Source: Planctomycetales bacterium
Lineage (GTDB): Bacteria > 4484-113 > JAFGCY01
NCBI GenBank assembly: GCA_022646745.1
Contig: CP060262.1
Span: 480,001-512,000, forward strand
Length of the DNA: 32,000 nucleotides
Direction of reading: 5' to 3'
Below the pieces are notes generated by a model. That model had not been told where the DNA came from. It made no database searches and was given only the letters and a program-made list of their open reading frames with translations. Below are positions 8,924-16,493 of the stretch, piece after piece. The position numbers and the translations under genes are program-made. Position 1 is the stretch's first letter. Each line of letters opens with the position of its first letter.

Positions 8924-10624
8924 TCAGTTTTCCTGGTTGATCTGGCCGCTGGTGAAGCCGCGCTGGTAGCCATTGCTGTCGATGTAGGCCCGGATGAAGT
9001 TGTCAAACTGCAACCAGACGGGTTCCCCTGTGATCTCCGCCAGCTCAGCCTCAAACCGCGACACGTCCTCCGTGCTGAACAGGGCCGGGGAATAGACAGT
9101 GGCCTGCACGATCCGCACAATGCGGGCCGGGCCATTGCCACCGTTCTCATAGACGCGCATGTCTGCACCGCTACGGTGACCAAGGTCGTCAAGCGTGGCA
9201 CCGTTCTGCAGCTGCTGCAGGCGCATCACCAGCGCGTTGTAGAGCAGCTCCTTCATGTCGTTGTAGCCCTCCGGCAGCTTGTTCTCCTGCGGCTCAAAGA
9301 TGTAGCCCGTGGCATCTGCATAGCGCACGCTGTCCTGCCTGACCCGCAGGTATACCGGTGCAGCCTGTCCCCGCTTGCCACTGAGGGTGTCGGCCACGAT
9401 CTGCTGCATCTCACCGACCTGCTGGGGATTGATCGGCTTCGTGGTCTCGACCTCCGCCGTGAATGCCAGCTGGCCGTTGTCACGCTGCTGGTCACGGTAG
9501 ACCTCGCTGAGCACGGCCCCTGGCAATTGCTGGAGGTACTGCTGCAGCGCATCCTTGATCAGCGAGATTTCGGCCCTATCATCCTCTGCCCTCTGGCGCT
9601 GCAGTTCGCGCAGCTCCTCGTCCTCATCCCAGAACTTCTTGCCGGCAGCGTCATAGTCGTGCGTGGAGTAAGTCCGCACGATCAACCTGACCGGCTTGCC
9701 ACAGGCCGCCTCGAGGCTGCCCTCGAGCTGCTGCACCCGGTAGTCGTCAAACACGCTCCAGCTCAGCACCACACCCTGCACGTCGATCCCATCCGGGCGG
9801 ATGGCAACCTCGCAGCTGTCCAGTTCCGCGCCGCGTACGAGCTGGCTGACCTGCTCGGCCAGCCGTGTGCGGATCCGGTCCTCCATGTTGTCACGGCTGA
9901 CGATGTCAACGAGCCGGATCCACAGCAGGATGCTCAAGCCGATCAGGGCCACCAGTCCCGGTCCGAAGGTGCGTGCGAGATGCAGCCAGCGCGACGGCCC
10001 CTCCTCGTGCACCTTCTCCAGGCCGGCCAACAGGAACACGGCTGCCGCACTGAGCAGGATGGCGAACACATTGGTGATGAAGAGGATGAAGGCACTGCCG
10101 GCGGCCGCCCACTCGGCTGCCGCTATCTCCAGGCCGCAGACCGCCAGCGGCGGTACCAGCGCCGTGGCGATTGCCACTCCGGCGATGCCGCTGTTCAGCT
10201 TCGGGTTGACGAGCACGTAACCACCGGCCAAGCCGCTGGCCAGCGCGATCACTGCATCAAACAGGGTCGGCTGCGTGCGGGAGAGGATCTCGGAGCCGTA
10301 GATCGGCACGATCGGCAGGGAACCGATCAGCGCACCGATCAGGATTGCCAGCACAACACCGGTGGCCTCTGCCAGCAGGGAGTCAAAGAACAGCTTGCGG
10401 TCGCCGATCACGAGCGCCAGCGTCATGCCGAAGATCGGCCCCATCAGCGGGGCCACGAGCATTGCACCGATCACCACAGCGGTGCTGTTGGCAAGCAGGC
10501 CGAAGGCGGCGATCAGGGTGGCCAGCACCATCAGGGCGTAGAAGGAGATGTTGGGATGCGCCATGTTGCGCAGCTGTGATATCAGCTCCTTGCGCTCCTT
10601 CTGGCTCAGCCTGATCTGGATCAT
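8924..10624 (-). CDS. DUF389 / TIGR00341-type integral membrane protein with ~330-aa soluble C-terminal extension
   Basis: AVVIGAMLVAPLMGPIFG and IAGVAIATALVPPLAVCG are typical DUF389 hydrophobic-domain motifs. About 6 TM segments in aa 25-235, followed by three similar alpha/beta segments. A TAGAAT hexamer lies 14 nt upstream of the ATG and GGGGAG 4 nt upstream. Confidence 0.8.
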   Translation of the reverse strand: MIQIRLSQKERKELISQLRNMAHPNISFYALMVLATLIAAFGLLANSTAVVIGAMLVAPLMGPIFGMTLALVIGDRKLFFDSLLAEATGVVLAILIGALIGSLPIVPIYGSEILSRTQPTLFDAVIALASGLAGGYVLVNPKLNSGIAGVAIATALVPPLAVCGLEIAAAEWAAAGSAFILFITNVFAILLSAAAVFLLAGLEKVHEEGPSRWLHLARTFGPGLVALIGLSILLWIRLVDIVSRDNMEDRIRTRLAEQVSQLVRGAELDSCEVAIRPDGIDVQGVVLSWSVFDDYRVQQLEGSLEAACGKPVRLIVRTYSTHDYDAAGKKFWDEDEELRELQRQRAEDDRAEISLIKDALQQYLQQLPGAVLSEVYRDQQRDNGQLAFTAEVETTKPINPQQVGEMQQIVADTLSGKRGQAAPVYLRVRQDSVRYADATGYIFEPQENKLPEGYNDMKELLYNALVMRLQQLQNGATLDDLGHRSGADMRVYENGGNGPARIVRIVQATVYSPALFSTEDVSRFEAELAEITGEPVWLQFDNFIRAYIDSNGYQRGFTSGQINQEN

Positions 10625-10656
10625 GCCCGCTCCCCGCTAATTCTAGCCTGATATGC

Positions 10657-10684
10657 GAAGGGGAGCGCCAGCGCACTCCCCTTC
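10657..10684 (-). terminator. GC-rich hairpin downstream of gyrA (candidate terminator, no U-tract)
   Basis: GAAGGGGAG (10657-10665) and CTCCCCTTC (10676-10684) form a perfect 9-bp stem with a 10-nt loop, 28 nt after the gyrA stop. The minus strand has no T-run, so intrinsic termination is uncertain. Confidence 0.4.
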
Positions 10685-10711
10685 GTTCAATCTTCCTGTT
10701 CTTGAGGCAGC

Positions 10712-13264
10712 CTAGTCGTCGGAGCCGGAGGGACTGTCGCCGTCCTTCTCGTCAAACAGGTTGCCACTGTCGTCATCCTCACCATCCTCGGCGCGTATGA
10801 TCTCGATCGCGGTCAGCAGGTCGTCATTCTTGAGGTTGATCACCTTCACGCCCTGCGTCGAACGGCCCAGAGAGCTGATCTCGGCGGCGCGGGTGCGGAT
10901 GATCATGCCGCTGGAGGTGATCAGCATCACCTCGTCCTCCTCGAACACGCGGGCCGCGCCGACGACGTTGCCGGTCTTGTCGGTCACCTTCATCGCGATC
11001 ACGCCCTTGGCGCCGCGCTTGGTCTTGCGGAACAGCTCGACCTTGCTGCGCTTGCCAAGCCCGTTCTGGCCGACCACCAACACCTCATCATCGTCACTGG
11101 CAACGTCCATCCCGACCACGTGGTCGGCATCGTCCAGCAGGTTGACACCCCGCACGCCCTGGGCGCCGGTGCCCATCACGCGCACCTGCTCCTCGTCGAA
11201 CTTGACGGCATAGCCGCGGTGGGTGAAGATCAGCATCTGGTCCTTGCCGGTGGTCTCACGCACGAAGTACAGCTCGTCGTCGTCAGCCAGCCCGATCGCG
11301 CGCTTGCCGGTCACGCGCAGCTTGCTGAACTCGGAGAGCTCGGTGCGCTTGACGGTGCCCTTCTTGGTGCACATGAACAGGTAGGGTTTGGAGAAGTCGC
11401 TAACGCTGATCAGGCTCGTGACCCATTCGCCGGGCTGCAGGCTGATCAGGTTGACGACGGGGATGCCCTTGGCATAACGCTCGAAGGCCGGGATCTGGAA
11501 CACCTTCAGGCTGTGCACCGCGCCGCGGCTGGTGAAGCACAGCATGGTGTCGTGTGTCGAGGTGTGGATGATGTTGCGCACCACATCCTCTTCCTTGGTG
11601 CGGGTGCCGACCATGCCGCGGCCTCCACGGCCCTGCGCACGGTAGGTGCTCGCCGGGATGCGCTTGATGTAGCCGCCGCGGGTCACCGTGACGACGACAT
11701 CCTCGCGGCGGATCAGGTCCTCCTCATTGAAGCTGCCATCCTCCGCCATGCGGCCGACGACAGTGCGGCGCTCATCGCCGAACTTATTCGTGGCCTCATC
11801 CAGCTCCTCGATCAGCACCTCATCCAGGCGGGCCGGGTTCTCAATGATCTCAGTCAGCTCCTTGATCAGGGCATACAGCTTCTTGAGTTCGTCGAGGATC
11901 TTGTTCTCTTCAAGGTTTGTGAGCTGCGCCAGTCGCATGTCGAGGATCGCCTGGGCCTGGACCTCACTGAGCTTGAAGCGGTTCATCAGCTCGGTTCGGG
12001 CAAACTCGGGGTCCTTGCTCTCGCGGATGATCTTGACGACCTCGTCAATGTTGTCCAGCGCGATCTTGAGGCCTTCGAGGATGTGCGCGCGCTCCTCCGC
12101 CTTCTGGCGGTCAAACTGCGAGCGGCGCAGGATCACTTCCCGACGGTGCTTGATGAACACCGCGAGGAAGTCCTTGAGCGTCAGCAGGCGGGGCACGCCA
12201 TCGCGCAGGGCCAGCATGATCATGCTGTAGCTGGTCTGCAGCTGGGTGTTCTTGTAGAGGTTGTTGAGGATCACGTTGGCCTGGGCATCCTTGCCGAGCT
12301 CGACCACGATGCGGATGCCGCTGCGGTCACTTTCGTCTCGGATGTCGCGCACGTTCTGGATCTTCTTGTTGTGCACCAGCAGCGCGATCTTCTGGATCAG
12401 CGTGCTCTTGTTGACCTGGTAGGGGATCTCGGTGATGACGATGTTGTTGCGTCCCTTGTCATCTTCCTCGATTTCCGCCCGGCCACGGATCATCACGCTG
12501 CCGCGGCCAGTGCGGTAGGCCTCCTTGGCCCCCGCGTTGCCGAGCAGCAGGCCGCCGGTCGGGAAGTCCGGACCCTGCACCTCGTCAATCAAGCGCTCGA
12601 TGTCGATGTCCGGCTGTGCGATCAGCAGCTTGATGGCTGCGGTCAGCTCACGCAGGTTGTGCGGGGGGATGCGGGTGGCCATACCGACGGCGATGCCCTC
12701 GGAGCCGTTCATCAGCAGGTTGGGTACACCGGCGGGAAGCACGGTGGGCTCCATCCGGCCCGGATCGAAGGTCGGCACCCAGTCCACGGTGTCCTTCTTC
12801 ACATCCTTCAGCAGGTAGGCGCCGAGGTTACTCATCTTGGCCTCGGTGTATCGCATCGCTGCCGGCGGGTCACCGTCAATCGAGCCGAAGTTACCCTGCG
12901 GAGTGATCAGCGGGTAGCGCAGGCTCCATTCCTGGCCCATGCGCACGAGGCCCTCATACAGGGCACCATCACCGTGCGGGTGGTAGTTACCCATCACCTC
13001 ACCGACGATCTTCACGCTCTTGGTGGTCGCCTTGTCCGCCGTGTAGCCCGCGTCCTGCATCGCCCAGAGGATGCGGCGGTGGATCGGCTTGAGCCCGTCA
13101 CGTGCATCAGGCAGTGCACGGGACACGATCACACTCATGGAGTAATCGAGGAAGCTTTCCTCCATTTCCTCCACAATGCGGCGTGGCTGGATGTTCTCGT
13201 CGAACTCGAACCTGTCGTTTCGTTTCTTGGTCAAGACCTGTGCTCCATACGAAACGTGAAACAC
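10712..13264 (-). CDS. gyrA: DNA gyrase subunit A
   Basis: FLDYSMSVIVSRALPDARDGLKPIHRRILWAM, YHPHGD, active-site AAMRYTEAKM and an acidic C-terminal tail. The ORF opens at GTG 13264. The more likely start is TTG 13234, which has GGAG 8 nt upstream. Confidence 0.97.
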   Translation of the reverse strand: MFHVSYGAQVLTKKRNDRFEFDENIQPRRIVEEMEESFLDYSMSVIVSRALPDARDGLKPIHRRILWAMQDAGYTADKATTKSVKIVGEVMGNYHPHGDGALYEGLVRMGQEWSLRYPLITPQGNFGSIDGDPPAAMRYTEAKMSNLGAYLLKDVKKDTVDWVPTFDPGRMEPTVLPAGVPNLLMNGSEGIAVGMATRIPPHNLRELTAAIKLLIAQPDIDIERLIDEVQGPDFPTGGLLLGNAGAKEAYRTGRGSVMIRGRAEIEEDDKGRNNIVITEIPYQVNKSTLIQKIALLVHNKKIQNVRDIRDESDRSGIRIVVELGKDAQANVILNNLYKNTQLQTSYSMIMLALRDGVPRLLTLKDFLAVFIKHRREVILRRSQFDRQKAEERAHILEGLKIALDNIDEVVKIIRESKDPEFARTELMNRFKLSEVQAQAILDMRLAQLTNLEENKILDELKKLYALIKELTEIIENPARLDEVLIEELDEATNKFGDERRTVVGRMAEDGSFNEEDLIRREDVVVTVTRGGYIKRIPASTYRAQGRGGRGMVGTRTKEEDVVRNIIHTSTHDTMLCFTSRGAVHSLKVFQIPAFERYAKGIPVVNLISLQPGEWVTSLISVSDFSKPYLFMCTKKGTVKRTELSEFSKLRVTGKRAIGLADDDELYFVRETTGKDQMLIFTHRGYAVKFDEEQVRVMGTGAQGVRGVNLLDDADHVVGMDVASDDDEVLVVGQNGLGKRSKVELFRKTKRGAKGVIAMKVTDKTGNVVGAARVFEEDEVMLITSSGMIIRTRAAEISSLGRSTQGVKVINLKNDDLLTAIEIIRAEDGEDDDSGNLFDEKDGDSPSGSDD

Positions 13265-13374
13265 ACGGACAAACTGCCGTTCCGTCTGATCTGGTCAGGG
13301 TTCCGGGACATTCGCGCCAAGCGAAACCGGATACGTGTTTCACGCTTCAAGATACCTTATATCTATGAAGCACC

Positions 13375-13383
13375 ATTATAGCA
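13375..13383 (-). promoter_or_regulatory. Extended -10 promoter element (TGcTATAAT) for gyrA
   Basis: The minus strand reads TGCTATAAT, matching the TGnTATAAT consensus, in the low-GC 200-bp gap upstream of gyrA. This implies a leader of about 100-135 nt, depending on which start is used. Confidence 0.5.
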
Positions 13384-13464
13384 CGACACACAACAAATCG
13401 GCTACACGTACGTTAGCTGTTTCTTGTCCTGGATGGCCAATTCCGGATGACTGTACAGAACCTC

Positions 13465-16197
13465 TTAAAATGCCTTCCCGATGGAGTGCAGCTGGCCGTC
13501 GGAGCTTGTGATGTAGAGTGCTCCATCCTCCGAAAGACAAGCGGAACTGAATATCTGGTCAGTCAGTGTCCGTGACCATTCCACGTTCCCTGTCTGGGAG
13601 TCCAGCGCGAACATGTCAAGGCTGTTGCTTCCGATGTATACCAGTCCGCTCGAACCGATCACCGGCGAGCCCCAGATGTCACCGGAGGTGTCAAAGTTCC
13701 ACAGCTCATCGCCGTCTCCGCTGTAGGCATACAACCTGTCATCAACACATCCGATGTAGACCTTGCCGTCAAGGCCAATGGCCGGTGAATCAATCACCGC
13801 ATCCGGCAGGCTGACGTCCCAGAGGTAGTTGCCCTGCAGGTCCAGACAGAGCAGTTCACCGCTCACGACACCGATGTACAGCCTGCCGTCCTCAGTGATC
13901 GCCGGTGTGCTGCGGATGCTGCCGGTTGCGATGTATTCCCAGCGCAGCGTGCCATCTGGATTGACTGCAATGATGCGCTTGTCATTATTGCCGAAGTAGA
14001 CACAGCCGTCCGGCCCGATGCGAGGCGCGGTTTCAATGATGCCTGAGGAGGGGTAGGTCCAGATTGTCTGTCCCTCGGGTGATGCGCAGTACAGGCTGCC
14101 ATTATGGCTGCCGAAGTAGATCCTGCCATCCCGCCCGACGACGGGACTTGAAATGATGTCTGCACCTGTGTCTATGGACCAGCGTTCCTGCCCGCTGGGA
14201 CTGACAGCATACAGTTTGTCCGAAAGGGATGTGACATAGATCGTGCCATCCGCCGCTACCGCCGGGGTGGATTCGATCTGCCCGCCGCCAAGGAACAGTG
14301 ACCACTTCAAGGTACCGTCCGGCCAGACTGCATTGAGCTCAAAGGAATAGTCGCCGAACACTATGCTGCCATCCGGGCATACCACCGGTGAACCACTGAC
14401 CGTATGGCCGGTCGGATAGGACCAGCGCAGGTTGTCCGTGATCGGACCGGACAGCTCACTGCGGCGCTGCATCAGTTGTCCGCCATTCAGGTCAGGCCAG
14501 GCGCTTGGCAGGTGCAGGGTCGTCGACATGCTGCCGGTCTCTCCTGCATCATCGGTGACGCGCACAAGCGGATGGTAAATACCGCTTAGCGGGAAGACAT
14601 GGCTGCAGTGGGAGCCGGGCCCCGCCAGCTCAAAGCTGCCGTCACCGTCTAGGTCCCATTCATACCAGACCACGCTGCCATCGCTGTCAAAGCTGTTTGA
14701 GGCATCAAAATCCACCTGCAGCAGGGAGATTCCCGGCGTGCGCTTGGCAATGATGTCAGCAAAGGGCGCTATGTTGTCAGGGTCAATGCCCGTCACGAGG
14801 ATTGCCACACTATCCACGTCGCTTGCCCCCTGGCTGTCGGACACGCGGAACTTCACATTGTGGATGCCCGGTTGCTTGAACAGCTGCGCCGGCGGATTGA
14901 GCGTATCCGTGCCTGGTTCATAGATGCCGTCACCATCAAAGTCCCAGGCCAGGACCAGATCCTGTGGGGCATCCTCCTGGTCCTCAGCCACGCCATTGAA
15001 GTCAACCAGCAGTGGTGCCGGCCCCGTCTGCGGGCTGGCCGTGGCGGATGCCAGCGGCCGGCTGTTGGCACTGACAAGCAGGGACACGCTGCCTAGCGCG
15101 ACTGCCTCGCCGCCAGGGCCGTGCGCGAGCACCGCCGGGCGGATTATGCCGGGGTGCATGGTATCGATGATGATGCTGCCGGAGCTGCTGTCCAGCACTT
15201 CAAAGATCCCGTCTCCCTCGGCATCGAAATCATAGTTGTCAGCGCCGCTGGCAACCAGGGTTGCCGGGAACCCCATTGTTCCGCTGGCATGATCCAGCTG
15301 CAGGGCAAGTGGCACTGCAGCCCCCGCTAGGGGCAGGCCTGATACCTGTTCGCTCGCTTCTCCCGTGTTGCCACTGTGGTCAACAGCAGCCACCCTTACG
15401 AAGGTCGTGCCATCGATTCCATCCAGCAGGTGCCGGTTGTTCCCCTCAAGGTAGCTGACACTGCGCACTCCGGCCGCCTGCGGATTTGTGAACGGACTGC
15501 CTGAATGGTAGATCCGGTAACCGGCAATGCCAGACTCCTGCAGGGGATTCCACTGGAGCAGCAAGCCGCCGGCCACTGCTGTGGCCTGCAGGCCGCTGAC
15601 CTGCCCGGGGGGACTGCCGTCAGCCGGGTCTGCCATTTCCACGCCCAGTCCCACCACTTCAGCTGAGTGCTGGCCATCCACCAGCACTGCCACAAGCAGG
15701 TTACCGGCCGGCGATGCCAGCGATGATCCACCGGCAAGGCTGAGCCTGACATGGCTGTCCATGAAGGGGCCATGCCATTGCCAGCGGCCGCTGCCGTAGT
15801 TGGCAACAGCCAGGTAGTAGCCGCCACCTTCCCCTGCCCCGACATTCACATCCGCACTGAGGGTGCCGGGCTGTCCACCGTCGAGGCCGATCCGCCAGAT
15901 GCCCCAGGCCGGTCCACTTCCCGCGGCCTGCAGCTGCAGTGTCTCACCTGATGCAGATGCTCCCTGAAGGGATGTGATGAAACTGTCACGTCCGGCAGTG
16001 AATGCGCTGCCCTGCGTGATGCCAGCAGAGCTGCGTTCCCAAGGCTGCATCGCATCCTGGGGAAGCGTGGCCGGAAACTCTGCTTCCTGCAAATGGAATT
16101 CAGCCCGCGCTGCAGGCACATCAGGCTGGAATGTACCTGAACATGAGGTGGACAGCAGCAGTAATGCAAGCACTGATAATCTCTGCAAGGTGCGCAT
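13465..16197 (-). CDS. Surface lipoprotein: uncharacterised N-domain + Fn3 + PKD modules + C-terminal PQQ-like beta-propeller
   Basis: ATG with GGAGA Shine-Dalgarno. Signal peptide LSVLALLLLSTSCSG. Fn3-like LQATAVAGGLLLQWNP...GYRIYHS...FVRVAAVDHSGN. PKD-like LLVDFNG...LAWDFDGDGIYE...HNVKFRVSDSQG and LLQVDFDASNSFDSDG...YEWDLDGDGSFE...YHPLVRVTDDAG. Multiple PQQ-like blades follow (DGTIYVTSLSDKLYAVSPSGQERW, DGRIYFGSHNGSLYCASPEGQTIW, DGCVYFGNNDKRIIAVNPDGTLRW, and more). Confidence 0.85.
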   Translation of the reverse strand: MRTLQRLSVLALLLLSTSCSGTFQPDVPAARAEFHLQEAEFPATLPQDAMQPWERSSAGITQGSAFTAGRDSFITSLQGASASGETLQLQAAGSGPAWGIWRIGLDGGQPGTLSADVNVGAGEGGGYYLAVANYGSGRWQWHGPFMDSHVRLSLAGGSSLASPAGNLLVAVLVDGQHSAEVVGLGVEMADPADGSPPGQVSGLQATAVAGGLLLQWNPLQESGIAGYRIYHSGSPFTNPQAAGVRSVSYLEGNNRHLLDGIDGTTFVRVAAVDHSGNTGEASEQVSGLPLAGAAVPLALQLDHASGTMGFPATLVASGADNYDFDAEGDGIFEVLDSSSGSIIIDTMHPGIIRPAVLAHGPGGEAVALGSVSLLVSANSRPLASATASPQTGPAPLLVDFNGVAEDQEDAPQDLVLAWDFDGDGIYEPGTDTLNPPAQLFKQPGIHNVKFRVSDSQGASDVDSVAILVTGIDPDNIAPFADIIAKRTPGISLLQVDFDASNSFDSDGSVVWYEWDLDGDGSFELAGPGSHCSHVFPLSGIYHPLVRVTDDAGETGSMSTTLHLPSAWPDLNGGQLMQRRSELSGPITDNLRWSYPTGHTVSGSPVVCPDGSIVFGDYSFELNAVWPDGTLKWSLFLGGGQIESTPAVAADGTIYVTSLSDKLYAVSPSGQERWSIDTGADIISSPVVGRDGRIYFGSHNGSLYCASPEGQTIWTYPSSGIIETAPRIGPDGCVYFGNNDKRIIAVNPDGTLRWEYIATGSIRSTPAITEDGRLYIGVVSGELLCLDLQGNYLWDVSLPDAVIDSPAIGLDGKVYIGCVDDRLYAYSGDGDELWNFDTSGDIWGSPVIGSSGLVYIGSNSLDMFALDSQTGNVEWSRTLTDQIFSSACLSEDGALYITSSDGQLHSIGKAF

Positions 16198-16347
16198 GGC
16201 GGTCTCCAGAAAAGTGGATTGGGATTGCAGCTAAGTGAACTGTAAGGTAGAGCTGCCGCAGTTTGACCTGACAGTTGCCAGTGTTATCTGCCATACACTT
16301 CCGCCAGCCACGGCGCATGCGCCGCTGGATGTGCTAATCTCGCAGTG

Positions 16348-16491
16348 ATGGCAGAGCAGAACCAGTCCGGACATGAACCACATGGCCTGCAGGGCCGCCG
16401 TGTCGTGCTGGCATTCTTCCTGGTGCTCGCGGTGATCACCGTGCTGAGTTACCTGGCATTCCGGTTCCTGCTGGACATCCCCCACACCTGA
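16348..16491 (+). CDS. Candidate 47-aa single-pass membrane mini-protein (below the ORF-track size cut-off)
   Basis: ATG 16348 to TGA 16489-16491. Translation: MAEQNQSGHEPHGLQGRRVVLAFFLVLAVITVLSYLAFRFLLDIPHT, with positive residues followed by a ~22-aa hydrophobic helix. Third codon positions are mostly G/C, like the real genes here. The stop lies 2 nt before ATG 16494 of the next gene. TAATCT hexamer 7 nt upstream and no SD. Confidence 0.45.
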   Translation: MAEQNQSGHEPHGLQGRRVVLAFFLVLAVITVLSYLAFRFLLDIPHT

Positions 16492-16493
16492 GC

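Noticed and set aside
8048-10579. 843-aa ORF on the plus strand spanning the CAP-like and DUF389 genes
   Set aside because: It crosses an intergenic gap and two well-supported minus-strand genes. The product is Q/H/R/A/V-rich with no recognisable domain. This is a high-GC antisense artefact.
11120-13381. 753-aa ORF on the plus strand, antisense to gyrA
   Set aside because: gyrA on the opposite strand is unambiguous. The antisense product is a repetitive L/D/H/A/V-rich string with no motifs.
13265-13464. Low-GC 200-bp region next to gyrA, considered as a replication origin
   Set aside because: It contains no DnaA-box-like 9-mers (TTATCCACA or its complement) and no AT-rich repeat cluster. 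dnaA, dnaN and gyrB are not adjacent. It is adequately explained as the gyrA promoter and leader.
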